64,000 nucleotides of DNA from the human T2T-CHM13v2.0 reference genome, Homo sapiens (GCF_009914755.1 NC_060927.1), one strand, 5' to 3'; counted from the first letter of the stretch, positions 13,945-27,704 are shown. The notes: generated by a model not told the origin, from the sequence alone. Translations and numbers: made by a program.

Positions 13945-16834
13945 TGGCAGGAAGAAAAGCCTTGCATATCAATATTAACCTTAAATGTAAATTGATTAAA
14001 TATTCCACTTAAAGTATACAGATTGGCAGAATGGATTTAAAAACACCATCCAACAATATGCTGCCTATAACAAACTCACTTTACTTGTAAAGACACATGT
14101 ACACAGAAAGTAAAGGAATGGAAAAAAATATTCCATAGGAACAGAAACAAAAGGCAGGCAGCAATACTTCCATCAAATCAAAAACAGTTTTTTTAATTAA
14201 ATTTTTTTTAAAGTACATCAAATCAAAATAGTTTTAAAAAGACAAAGAAGGCCATTATACAATAATAAATGACATATATAATATATATAATCATAAAAGA
14301 CAAAGAAGGTCATTATATAATCATAAAAAGATCAATTCAGTGAGAGGATATAACAATCCTAAACATATATGTACCTATATAGAAGAACCCAAATTGAAAA
14401 ACAAATATTACCAGATCTAAATAAAGACAGACAGCAATACAGTAATAGTGGGAGGACATTCACCCCAGACTCACAGCACTAGATAGGTCACTGAGATGGA
14501 AAATTAACAATGAAAATTAAACTTTAGAACAAATGGACCTAAAAGATGTTTATGGAACATTCTACCTAACAACTACAGGATATACATTATTTTTATCAGA
14601 ACTTGGAATATTCTCCAATATAAACCATGTTAGGCAACAAAACAAGTCTTAACTCATTTTTAAAAGTAATCAAAATCATATCAAGTATCTTCTCAGTCCA
14701 CAGTTGGATAAAACTAGAAATCAATACAAAGAGGAACACTAGAAATTATACAAATACATGGGAATTAAACAGAATGCTCCTGAATAATCACTGGGTCAAG
14801 GAAGAATTAATTTCTCCATTCATTAATTAATGTATCCATTCTAGTGATAAAAATTTAAAATTGTTTTTGAAATGGATAAAAATGAAAACACAACATACCA
14901 AAATCTGTGGGATACAGCAAAAGCAGTGCTAAGAGGGAAGTTCATAGCATTAAATGCCTACATCAAATAAGTAGAAAGATCACAAATTAGCAAATTTATG
15001 TTGCACCTCAAGGAACTACAAAAACAAGAGCAAACCAAACCCAAAGTTAGCAGAAGAAAAGAAATAAAAAAATCAGAGCAGAACTAAATAAAATAAAGAC
15101 AAAAAATTACAAAGGATCATCAAAGTGAAAAGCTCATTCTTCAAAAACATAAAGAAAATTGATAAATGACATTAGATTGATGAAGAAAAGAATAGAGAAA
15201 ATCCAAATAAACACAATCAGAAGTGAAAAAGGAGATATTACAACTGATACCACAGAAATTCAAGATGTCATCAGAGACCATTATAAACAACTCTGTGGTC
15301 ACAAACCAGAAAATCTAGAGAAAATAGATAAATTCCTGATAACATACAACCTCCTGAGATTGAACCAGGAAGAATTAGAATTCCTGAACTGTAATGTAGG
15401 AAGATTGAATCAGTAATTAAAAAAAAAAAAAAAAAAAAAAACTCTCCCAACAATCACACCACCACAAAGCCCAGGGCTAGATGGATGAACAACCAAGTTC
15501 CACTACCCTACAAAGAATAACTAATACCAATCCTCCTAAAACTATTCCAGAACATCAAGGAGGAGGGGAGCCTTCCTAACTCATTCAATGAGACCAGTAT
15601 AACTATGACACCAAAACTAGACAAGGACACAGCAACACCAAAAAAGAAAACGGCAAATAAAAACTCCTGATGATCATAGATGTAAAAATCCTTACAAAAA
15701 TATTAACAAATACAATCCTACAGCACATCGAAATGAAAATACAACATGATCAGTTGGGATTTATCCCAGGGATGTGAGGATGATTCAACATACACAAGTC
15801 AATAAACATAATTATTAAGGACAAAAACCATATAATCATCTCAATAAACACACTTAAAAAATTGATAAAATTCAACAGCCCTTTATGATAAAAGTTTGCA
15901 ACAAACAAGGCATAGAAGGAACATATCTCAACATAATAAAGGCTATATATGAAAAATACACAAACAACAACATTCTTACAGTGGAAAAGTTAAAGGCATT
16001 CCCTCTAAGAACTGGAACAAGACAAGAATGCCTACTTTTCACCATTCTCATTCAACATAGTGCTGAAAGTCCTCTTCAGAGCAATCAGGGAAGAAAAAAA
16101 ATAAAAGACATCTGAATTAAAAAATAAGAAATCAAATTATCCCTATTTGCTAATGATATGATCTTATATCTAGAAAACTCTAAATGCTCCACCAAAAACC
16201 TCTTAGATTTAATAAATGGATTCAGTAAAGTTTCAGGATACAAAATTTATATACAGATAGCAGCATTCCTATACGCCAATAATGTTCAAGCTGAGAGCCA
16301 AATCAAACAGACAAGAAGATCAATGGAAATGAAGAGAGAACCCAGAAGTAGAGACACATACCTACAACCAACTGATCTTTGTCAAAGTCAACAAAAATAT
16401 ACACTCAAGAAATTACCCTCTATTCAATAAATGGTGCTAGGAAAATTGGATAGCTATACGCAGAATAATGAACTTGGACCTCTCATTATATACAAAAATT
16501 AACTCAAGTTGGATTAATGACCTAAATGTAAGACTGAAAACTATAAAAGTTTTGAATGAAAAGCTAGGAGAAACTCCTCTGGATATTGGTCTGGGCAAAG
16601 ATTTCATGACTAAGAACCTAAATGCAGCAAACCCAACAGAAACAAAAATAGAAAGATGAGATTTAATTAAAAGCTTTCTACACAGCTAAAGAAACAACTG
16701 ACAGAGTAAACAGACAACTCGCATAATGGGAAAAAATATTTGCAAACCATGCACTGACAAAAGGCTAATATCCAGAATCTGCAAGGAACTCAAATAACCA
16801 GAGAAAAACAATTACCATTTAAAAAATGGGCAAA
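13945..16834 (+). pseudogene. Decayed ORF2 (endonuclease/RT) of the host L1, with many stops and frameshifts and an internal deletion near 16305
   Basis: Peptides MLGNKTSLN...[41 protein letters not shown] and [13 protein letters not shown] are ORF2p-like. Confidence 0.85.
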
Positions 16835-18025
16835 CAAGGCAATTTACAGATTCAACACTATTCCTATTAAACTACCAATGTAATTTTTCACAGAATTGGG
16901 AAAAACTCTTCTAAAATTTCTATGGAACCAAAAAGAGTCTGTATAACCAAAGCAACCCTAAGCAAAAAGAACGAAACTGGAGGCATCACACTACCTGACT
17001 TCAAACTATACTACAAGGCTAAAGTAATTAAAATGGCATGGGACCAGTACAAAAACAACACATAGACCAATGGAATAAAATAGAGAACCCAGAAATAAAG
17101 CTACACACCTACAGCCATCTGATCTTTGACAAAATTGACAAAAAATTGCAATGGGGAAAGGACTCCCTACTTAATCAATGGTGCTGGAATAGCTAGCAAT
17201 ATGCAGAAGAAGGAAACTGGACCCCTACTGATCACTATATAAAATAAAATTAACTCAATATAAGATTAAAGACTTAAATGTAAGATGTCAACCTATAAAA
17301 ATCCTGGAAGAAAATCTAGAAAATACCCTTCTTGATATCAATTTTGGCAAACAATTTATGGCTAAGTCCTTAAAAGCAATTGCAACAAAACTAAGTATTG
17401 ATGAGTGGGACCTAAATAAACCAAAGGGATTATGCACAGTAAGATAAATTACAAAAGAAGTAAACAGACAATATGCAAAATGGGAGAAAATATTCACAAA
17501 CTATGTGTCTGGCAAAGGTTCAATATCCAGAATCTATAAGGAACTTAAATAATTCAACAAGCAAAAAACAAATAATCCCATTAAAAAGTGGGCAAAGGTC
17601 ATAAATAAACAATTCCAAAAAGACATGCAAGTGGCCAAAAAGCATATGAAAAAATGCTCATCATCACTAATCATCAGAGAAATGCAAATCAAAACCACAG
17701 TGGATACCATCTCAAACCAGTCAGAATGGTTATTAAAATGTCAAAAAATAACAGATGTTGATGAGGCTGTGGAGAAAAGGGGACACTTACACAATGTTTG
17801 TGGAAATGTACATTAGTCCAACATTGTGGAGAGCAGTTGGAGATTTCTCAAAGAACTATGTGTTGAACCACCATTTGAACCAGGAATTCCATTACTGGGA
17901 ATATGCCCCCAAAAAAGTCAGTCAGTCTACCAAAAGGACATATGCACCTGCATGTTCTTTGCATCACTATTCACCGTAACAAAAACATGGAATCAACCTA
18001 GACGCCCATCAACAGTAGAGGAGAT

Positions 18026-18093
18026 TATATATATATATGCACATATATATTTTATATATATATTATATAAATATGTGTGTATATATATCTATA

Positions 18094-18160
<67 letters not shown>
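18026..18160. repeat. (TA)n/(CA)n compound microsatellite
   Basis: Long pure CA run flanked by TA runs. Confidence 0.95.
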
Positions 18161-18162
18161 GG

Positions 18163-18467
18163 TGCTGTGCCTGGTAGTTCATGCCTGTAATCCCAGCACT
18201 TTTGGAGGCCAAGGCAGGAGGATTGTTTGAGTCCAGAAGTTTGAGTTTGAGACAAGCTTGGGCAACAGGCTTGCCTGTGTTTACAAAAAAAATTTTTAAA
18301 TTAGTGGGGCCTTTTGGAGCAAGCCTGTAGTCATAGATACTCTGGAGACTGAGGTGGGTGGATTGCTTGAGCCAGGAGGTCAAGGCTGCAATGAGCTGTG
18401 ACCATACCACTGCACTCTAGCCTGGGTGACAGAATGAGACCCTGTCTCAAAAATAAATAAAATAAAA
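18163..18467 (+). mobile_element. AluJ nested in the nested L1
   Basis: J-type features ggaggattgtttgag and ggtcaaggctgcaatgagctgtgacc, with an (AAAT)n tail. Confidence 0.9.
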
Positions 18468-19303
18468 TGGAGTACACATACACCACGGTATACTATGCAG
18501 CCATAAAAAAGAATGCAATCATATCCTTTGCAACAACATGGATGTAGCTGGAGGCCATTATCCTAAGCAAACTAATGCAGAAACAAAAAATTAAATACTG
18601 CATGTAAGTGGGAGCTTAACATTACTTGTAAGTGGGAACTAAACATTGGGTACACATGGACATAAATACGGAAAAATAGACACTGCGGACTACTGGGTCA
18701 GGGGAGAAAGGGATAGGGGAAAGGGCTGAAAAACTACCTACTGGATACTATGCTCACTACCTGGGTGGTGGGTTCAATTATGCCACAAACCTCAGTACCA
18801 TGCAATATACCTTTATAACAAAACTGCACCCCCTGATTCTAAAATAAAAGTTGAAAAAGAACAAAAAAATGGGCAAAGAACATGAACAGACACTTTTCAA
18901 AAGAAGACATACGAGTGACCAACAGACATATGACAAAATACTCAACATTACTAATCATCAGTAAAATGCAAATTAAAACTACTACTGGATACCATCTTAC
19001 ACCGTTCTGAATGTCTGTTATTAAAGTCTAAAGCCAATAGATGTTGATGAGGATGCAGGGAAAGGGGAACAATTTATTCTGTTGAGGGAATTAAATTAGT
19101 ACAACCTTTGTGGAAAACAGTATGGAGATTTCGCCCAAATCAAAAAAGGTAACTACCATTTGCTCCAGCAATCCCATTACTGGGTATATCCCCAAAGGGA
19201 ATTAAATTACTATATCAAAAAACACCTGCACTCATATGTTTATCACACTATTCACAATAGCAAAGACATGGAATCCACCTAAATGTCCATGAACAGAGGA
19301 CAC

Positions 19304-19304
<1 letters not shown>

Positions 19305-19340
<36 letters not shown>

Positions 19341-19345
19341 CACAC
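19305..19345. repeat. (TG)n microsatellite within the L1
   Basis: Directly visible. Confidence 0.9.
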
Positions 19346-19721
19346 TCAGCCATAAAAAAGAATGAATACTATTCAGCCATAAAAAAGATAAAATTATGTC
19401 TTTTGTAGCAACATGGATGGAGCTAGAGGTCATTATCCTAAGTGAAATAACTCAGAAACAGAAAGTCAAATGTCGTATATTCTCACTTGTAAGTAGGAGC
19501 TAAACAATGAGCACACATGGACATACAGAGTGGAAAAATAGACATTGGAGACTATAAAATGTGGGAAGGTGAGAGGGGTGTGAGGGTTGAAAAATTACCT
19601 ATTGGGTACAATGGTTATTATTGGGGTTATGGGTACGCTAAAAGCCCAGACTTCACCACTATACAATATGTACATGTAAGAAATCTGCACTTGTACACCA
19701 TAAATATAAAAAATTAAAACA

Positions 19722-19920
19722 GGCCAGGCATGGTGGCTCAGGCCTGTAATCCCAGCACTTTGGGAGGCCGAGGCAGTGGTTCGCCTGAGGTCAGGAGTTC
19801 AAGACCAGCCTGGCCAACATGACGAAATCCTGTCTCTATTAAAAATATAAAAATTAGCCCAACATGGTGGCAAGCTCCTGTAATCCTAGCTACTCAGGGG
19901 GCTGAGGCGGGAGAATTGCT
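19722..19920 (+). mobile_element. AluS in the L1 tail, 3'-truncated
   Basis: Left arm, linker and part of the right arm, stopping abruptly at gagaattgct with no poly(A). Confidence 0.9.
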
Positions 19921-20963
19921 AGATTTTTTCCTCAGCAAGGTTTGGGTAACAAGAAAGGAAAGGACAAATCAAACACACTGATTGAACAATAAACAAATAC
20001 ATTAAGTAACTTTTCTCTACCCAGTATTTTAATATTCATCAATAAGTCACTATACCTCACAGGGGCCTGAGACTCGTAATACATTTAAAAAAATCAAATT
20101 GTTTATATAGACAGTGACCCATAATATTATTTGACTAAAGCCCTGCACAGGTTAGGAGTATCCCTGGTCATAACTGTCCCCCACAAAAAATACTGACAAT
20201 TGTGCACCAACCTCCTAACTTATTATTATTCTTTGCTGTGGTTCATGAAATCACAAAGTCTTAGAATCATTGCATTAAGGTACTGCCACACTTAGTCCAT
20301 TCAGAATGCCTAGACTCCCATACTGGTGCTATCATTGGCCTCAGAAGGCCTATAAAATGAAACTCAGCCTAACCGAAGAAAAGAAAGTGGAACTCCCTGG
20401 CCTAAACTCTTCAGCCCACCTCATTATGCATCTGCCTTAGGTATCTACCTTATGTTTCTTGAGTCAAGAAATTGATTTGCCTTAAGTAACATTTTAGAAT
20501 AGCACTACTAATTTTTTAAAGCTATAGAATCCTTTATACAAAATAAATCTTTGGAAAAATTCCTGTATATCGAAAGTTAGAAATGGAGGTGATGTGTTCT
20601 ATAGTGGGGGGCCAGGGTCTTCAGAGTAGATCTCTTCCAGCCTCTGAGTCTAGGCAAGCACACATAGGAAGAGGCTGGTTTACTGGGCATAGCTGAAGAT
20701 ATTGTAAGCAAATAAAATGACTCTGGGAACTTCTGAAGATGTTGTATCTCAACCCCTTCTTGAATTAGCTGAATCCATGGATGGAGAAAATTGTAATTTT
20801 ATTATAGGGACATTGAGAAATTTTCATGAAACCATGTATGCATCTTGACCTGGGAGTTTTCATGAGACTTAGCAAATCAATATGTTTCAAAGCATTTTGA
20901 TGACCAAGCCTGTATTTCTTCCCCCAGTCCCATTTTAAAAAGTGACTTTCTGGTCCTCTGTAA

Positions 20964-21329
<366 letters not shown>

Positions 21330-21902
21330 TGACTTAGATCCTGAACTAACTGCCTTTGCCAGTCTAGCTCCTTATTCATAGCTCTGCCCATTCCTCCTTT
21401 CTCCTCTCTGCACACCCTCTACTTTTTGTGTTTCCATTGTTGAATGGGGAAAGACACGTTTATCTATGTATATTTTTATTTGAGAAAAAATTGTAGGGCC
21501 TGCAAAATCTCACCAATCTCTGTTTTGGTGAGTATTTGTATTGGGAGTAATTCAACAACTTAACTTTAAAGTCGATAGCAAAATAACATTTTGTGTCATG
21601 TCCCTTTCTTTTGACAGACCTCTTTGCCAAAAGTGAAATCACTCAGTCTTACAAACACTGCATTTACAATCTTTTCGTCCACTTCTGTCTTCTTTGGGGC
21701 CTATGCTGTTAACAGAAGCAGAAACACACACAATTCATTAAATAATGTTTAACTAATTAACATTTTTAAGTCGAATACAGTACTTTCTTGTGGTTTCCTG
21801 TATTTCGCTCCTTCAGAAAAAGAATATATCTATTCCTAATGATAGCATACTGCATTATACACAGTAAATTAAAGGATTCTTAGATCTTCTTAGATCTTAT
21901 TA

Positions 21903-22003
21903 GAAAATATTTACAACTATTTATATATTTCTATCCTATTGAAAAATATTTATAACTATTTATACATCTGTCTATAATATTTATAACTATTTATATAGCT
22001 GTC
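21903..22003. repeat. Three-copy AT-rich ~35 bp tandem repeat
   Basis: aatattta(c/t)aactatttata occurs three times. Confidence 0.8.
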
Positions 22004-22149
22004 CAGCCACCAATTGGTTGGATGAAATCCTTTGATTTCTGACTTTTTTCCAAGGCTCTAGGCAACTACCATCATTTCCTATTTAGTGAATGAAAGAAGC
22101 TTGTACTTGAAGATATAAAGTTAATTTAATGTGATCTTATTAGTAATCA

Positions 22150-22528
22150 TTAGAGCTGCTCACTGAATATTCTAGGCATATAGCAAAATTGCATTGTCTT
22201 GTCCTCTTGAAATAAGACGTATCTTAGTGACTAACTTTGGCCAATATAATGTGATCCTATTGAGGCATAATATGTCATTTCCAGGCAAGAGCCTTTAGAA
22301 ACTGACACCTGATTCATCATTTTCCTTTCTGCTTGCCATAGTAATTGCTAATGCTCCAGGGGTTGAAGTTTCTGTCAGCTTACATACCTGAGTCAGAATA
22401 ACGTAGAAAAGAACCTCTTGTCAATCCACAATAGACTTGCATTATGAGTGGGAAATAACCCTCTTCTGTTTTAAGTCACTGAAATTGAACTCATTTGTAC
22501 AGCAGCACAACCTAACTTATCCTGGTAT
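22150..22528 (+). mobile_element. MLT1 (I/J-like) MaLR LTR
   Basis: gtgactaactttggccaat...tgtcatttccaggcaagagc...gaaataaccctcttctgttttaagtcactgaaatt...cagcacaacctaacttatcctg. Confidence 0.8.
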
Positions 22529-22579
22529 TGGAATCACTAGAGTTAGCCATGCTATGATATCAGTAGAGCTATTCACTTG

Positions 22580-22920
22580 TTACCAAATTTATTGAACTCA
22601 AAACAGATCCTGTGCCCTGTGGGGCTTACAGAGAAGGTAGAACATAGCAAAAGCTATGAAACAAGGCAGTACCAATTAAGGGCCCTAAGGCAGGGAGGGA
22701 AAAAATGCTAAGAAATTTTGAATAGGTAATGATTACTTCCTGTTGCAGTGTCATAGAAGCTTCTAAGAGGACGTGACCATAGAACAAGTCTTAAGGATGA
22801 GTAAGATTTGGATGTGCAGAGATGGTTGTGATGGAGTCCCTAAAATACGGTGCTGGGTGAACAGTCCCAGACCAAGAAAATACAGTGCATACTCCAGAAG
22901 GGTGAAAGCGAATGCCCAGT
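22580..22920 (-). mobile_element. L2 fragment (degenerate)
   Basis: aaatttattgaa...cagatcctgtgccctgtggggcttaca...gaagcttctaagaggacgtgacc...gtcttaaggatgagtaaga. Confidence 0.55.
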
Positions 22921-23299
22921 CTGGTGACAGTAATGTATATATTAACACCTTAGAGCTGGATTATCAGGTGGATAGGCGTCAACCTCACCTTTGGTATAAG
23001 GATGGCTGCTTCTTGAAACAAATCATGTGCCTCTTGGTTTCTGAATATGAAAACATTGTGTCTGTGAGTCTATCTTCCTCTTGTGGGAGGGTAAGTCATT
23101 TTTTCCAGTGGGACACAGAGCCAAGACAACACATTTCAAACCTAGCGCCTGCAAACACATTTATTTTAAGAACTGCACCCAAGCTCAGTTTTCTTTTCAT
23201 TAGTTTGGTATTTCTAATACAAAATTATTTTAAATATCTCAGTATAAATTCCCTGACATTTCCCTTTCTAAAGAAAGAAGTAAGCACCTTTATTTGCCC

Positions 23300-23385
23300 T
23301 CCTATTCTTCCTTATTTTCTCTTTCCCTTCCTTCCCGCTTCCTTCTTCCTTCTTTTCTCCTTCCTTCCTTTTCTTCCTTTCTTAA
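23300..23385. repeat. CT-rich low-complexity tract
   Basis: ttccttcc/ttttc runs. Confidence 0.85.
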
Positions 23386-24669
23386 GCTTTTTTCTATGTA
23401 ATTTTCTCTATTTTTGCTGCACTTAACAGTTTCTACTTTGTGTCATGCCTAGGCTAGAGAATACTTTTCATATCTTATTTATATTTTATTTCTGTTCTAT
23501 TTATTAATCCTGCTCAACCTGGCAATTTCTAACGTGTGCCACATGTTTTGCAGAATAAATAATTTTTCCTCTTTTCTTTGGCTTTTCTTTTTTGTTCAGA
23601 CATGGAACTCCCATTGTATCTGTCCAAAGGCGGATTTGACCACATTTAACCACAATGGGCACCCATCCATTAGAGTTTCCTTCCTTCCCTGTGCTAACTG
23701 GGAGCCCCAGCCATCCTATTTTATCTGTGTAAACTAAGAGTCGCATCACAAGGCCTCCAGGATATTTGTGGTTAAACCACTCGACCACCTTGGGATTGTG
23801 CTAACTCTGTGTTTTGGTTTGAGGGAGTGTGTGTGGGTTGGAGATTGATTTGACTTAGACTTTTTTTTTTCAAGTGCTGTAACAGCATAGCATGCCTCAG
23901 GTTCACGTTGGTGAAATAAAGCCAGCAGCTTTGAGAATTGGTTTTGTTTGATTTCTACCAATGTCTGTTATAAAACTGGTGCCCAAGCAAGGCAGGGGTC
24001 CATGGAGGCAGTCTACTTGAAGAGGAGGCAACTTCATCCCTGCCACTCAGGTTGAATATAGTCTGAAAAGTCCTGGAAGTAATCAATGATGAGAAGGGGT
24101 GGGGAGCCAGCCCTTTTTTAAATTTCATATTTGCTCTTTAGGATGTGAAGATTTCTTGTTAGAAGCCGCTCTGGTGGAAAGAGTACGGTGGCCACATAAA
24201 AGGTTTTTCTGGAATTCAGCTACAGTCAATAGGTACTGATTCATCAATAAAGCTTTTAATCTCTTGGGCTTAAACTTGTTGACTCAGTCTAATTATAGAA
24301 CACAAGTCTCTGTGTCTTACTGTCTTTGACACTGTCTTCTTTTAATTAAAAAAATGGTCAAAGATATGTGCATACTATTCTTTAAACAGGAGGCTCCTGT
24401 CCTACCATTGATGGTATATTCTGGGACTATGAATAGATGCACATTTAACCATGTACAAGTTTTTATTTTGCAAAATAAAGGACTGTATTTAGGCATGAAA
24501 TAAGCCTAATGGAATAGAGCAAGCATATAGCAAATTCTAGAAATTTTAAAGCTGGAAAGGGCTGTGGAGGTCATGATGTCCAACCCTGCTACAAACAATG
24601 AAAATGACATGCAAATGAACAAATTAAGACAACACAGCTATTTGATGACACAATCAAGAGTCATAGATG

Positions 24670-25065
24670 GAGCTGCACTCGATTTTCAAGAGTGTCAAGG
24701 TTAGGAGAGTCAAAGAAAGACTGAAGAACTGTTATAGATTGAAAAAAATAAAAGACAAATGACAACTAAAGGCAACATGTTATCATATATCAGATTTTTG
24801 TGAAACAAAAAAATATTATTGGAACGATTAAATGAAAGGTAAATGGGGTCTGAGGATTAGATTGTAGTAATGGATCAACATTCATTTTCTGATTTTGATA
24901 ACTGTATTATTGTGACATAAGAGATGATTTTTGTCAGAATTGCATGCTAAAGTTCTCAGGGCCTAAGTGTTGCCTTGTGTCAGCAACATCCTCTCTAATA
25001 GTTCAGGGAAAAAATTCCTTGCACCATTTTTACAACTTTTAAGTTTGAAATTATTTTTATGAAAC
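24670..25065 (+). mobile_element. L1MC/L1MD-type 3' end fragment
   Basis: aagagtgtcaaggtt...aagaaagactgaagaactgtt...atgacaactaaa...ttctgattttgataactgta...gtttgaaattattt. Confidence 0.7.
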
Positions 25066-25769
25066 AACAAGAAGAAAGAAATGCTTTTTTTAAAGATAAG
25101 CTGCTCAGATAAATCTCTTTGAACATTAAAGATGTGATCAAAGACACCTTGGGATTACCCACCATATCCCAGACTTTTGGTATTCCCCTACTTGCACTTT
25201 CCATCAGCAGCAGTTGAAGAATCAACATGTCCCTCCCTCAGATAACAGTCTTGGCCTGGGAACTTTCCTTTTTTATTCTCTTTGGCTCCCTTCATCCACA
25301 ATAGAAAAATAGCACATTAAAATGTACATTTACACAGTATTTTGAGGTAAAAATCTATTTTGTGACAATGTGACAATGCATTTGGTTGTTACGACTCTTT
25401 CAGTCTCGTGTAATTTCTCCTTCTCACCTTTTGATTTCTACCCCATTTATTTGGCTTAAATCCTGGTTGAATTTACTATGGAATGTTCCTTATTCTGGAT
25501 GTGTTTGTCTGATTCCACATGATGTCCCTAAACATACTTATCTATCTGCCACGTTGCCTGTGAAGGAATGAGTGATATGATGCCTGTCTGTTATGGTGCA
25601 AATCTTACTTAGTAAATTCAGCTTGGTTTAGTAATTCAGTGATCAGGCATTTTTAAGTTCTATCTTGGTTCTAGCTTAGGACAGCTGACTTCCACAATAT
25701 AATTTGAAGGAAGTGTAGGAATATTTCTTCAGAATTTCTTAGCTCTCTTAAGCCACTTAAAATTAATGT

Positions 25770-27240
25770 CTTATAGTGGGAAGATAGTGATGATAGCATA
25801 GTTTTTTAATATCATAAATCCCCCACATAGAAACGGAGCAACTAGAGAGCAAGAGCAAAATACACAGTGAAAACATGAAAACCCATGAACAACATATACC
25901 ATTAAATTAGGTAACAAAAAACCGCTAAAGCCAAAATACACCATTGGTCAGCATGATATCAACGTCTGAGTGATTGAACAAAGAGGGAATCTATCTGATA
26001 GACAGGAAAAGATAAAAAACTTAAAATAGATAATGGGTATTAACTGTAAATCAAAGAATTTCAATTTTAGAATAGCACTGCAACTAGGAGGATTTGCCAC
26101 TCCCAAGTGAGTGCAAGGAGCCCGTGGTAAGAAAGGCCAGAAGAGGCTATAAAGCCACTATAAATTCATGAAATCAACTAGCCAGGATTCCTTTCCAGGG
26201 CCCTTCCACAGAGGAGAAATGACAACCAAAATTGAACAAGGTAGGCACAATATACACAAAGAAAAGAGAAGAGTCAAATACTTGTGAAGAGGGAATCAGA
26301 ACTAGAAAGTCTCAGAAAGCAAGCCAATCATATTTTCTGAGCACTACGAGAAAGCAACGGAAAATCTGAACAACATCAAACTTTTGGCAGCAATGCTTTA
26401 TGCCAAAAGAAAATTCGGTGTCATATTTATGATACTTAAGACATGTAAGCCAAGGGTTTTGTATTCAGAAAGACTGACTTTCATATATAAAAGGCAAACA
26501 CAAAGCAATCAATATGTAAGAACTCAGGGAGTATTTTTCCTGTGAGCTCATTCTAAAGAATTGTTAGAGAACAAGTTTCAGAAAGGCAAAATGATTAAAG
26601 GGTTACTATCATAAGGTCCGGCTATGAACAGTTACTAGAAAAATTAAGACTAAATGAGAGTTAAAAGGAAAAGCCTAGTAAATAATGGCCGTGTGTTTAA
26701 GCATGAGATATAGCACAACCATTAAAAATGGAAAGAAACGACAAGAACTTAAGAAAAACCTATTTACCTGTCTTCAGAAATTATATTGGTTGTGGCGGTT
26801 TTAGTATTGTTATTCTGAGACTGTTGCATGTGTATTAAGGGATAAAGAAAATAAATAATGTGGGATATGTTATTTCCATCAGCTCCTATGTCATTGAGAC
26901 CCAAGATTCTCTTTTTCAAAGAAAGGAAATACAAACATAACACAGAAGAGGATAAGAAAAAGTCTCTGTAGTCTGAAATTGAATTAGAAGCATCAGTAAA
27001 ATCTTATGAGATAATTTGCTTTAAATACATATATGTTTCTTAGTTCTTTCCATTCAAAACACCTAGAAACAATGCCCAGTAAAGTAGCATTGAACATTGG
27101 TAGTGCCCAGATTGTGATGCTGAAATAGAATCTCCGAAGAAAAGACCACAGATTTTTTGAGAAATGAGTTATTCCAGAACTGCCACAAGAAATGTACAAG
27201 ATGAGCCTGGAACAATTTTTTCATAATAAAAAAGCCATGT
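25770..27240 (+). mobile_element. Ancient HAL1/L1M-like fragment with an L1MC4-like 3' segment
   Basis: ORF1 C-terminal-like DNA (cagcaatgctttatgccaaaagaaaat...gaactcagggagtatttttcctgtgagc) followed by gagaaatgagttattccagaact...gtacaagatgagcctggaaca. Confidence 0.6.
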
Positions 27241-27704
27241 CATCCCAGAACCAGGGCTAGAATTTTGTTCTAATGGAGTTCTACTAACTCCAGTTCTCTG
27301 AGCATCTTCCATGCACCATATGTAGTCACTACATTGGGACCAAAAGCTCCCTTCACGGGGCTCGCTCAGATTAGTCTATGTTTAGTGGCTCTTTCAGACT
27401 CTAACTTCTCTGGTTCATAGTTATGGCTGATTTTATGACAAGGGCACCTGTTCCTTGGGATCTAAACCCTAATCCATTACTAGATCCCTTCATATTGGCA
27501 GCAGTAACTTCCATCCCCTATCTACTTGGGATGGATTCAAACAGGTGTCTTAGAGGCAAAAATCCCCTTATCACATTACAAAATGCCTTGCCATGTGGTA
27601 ATGTCCATTAATGAAATCCTTCTTGAACTGGTGCATGATAGATGCCAAGAGAAGATTTCTTTCAATAGGAGATTTGAAAAATTAGTCTTGTTTCTTTTGG
27701 CTAT

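Larger units (their letters stand above)
16835..18863 (+). mobile_element. 5'-truncated L1 (L1PA15-17/L1PB-like) nested in the host L1
   Basis: 14 bp TSD aaaaaatgggcaaa (16821-16834 / 18864-18877). It has its own 3' UTR, tatgctcactacctgggt...ctaaaataaaagttgaaaaa. Confidence 0.9.

Noticed and set aside
22773-23426. 217 aa ORF
   Set aside because: Non-ATG start in L2-derived sequence, and it ends in a CT-rich tract giving F/L/P/S runs. No recognisable homology.
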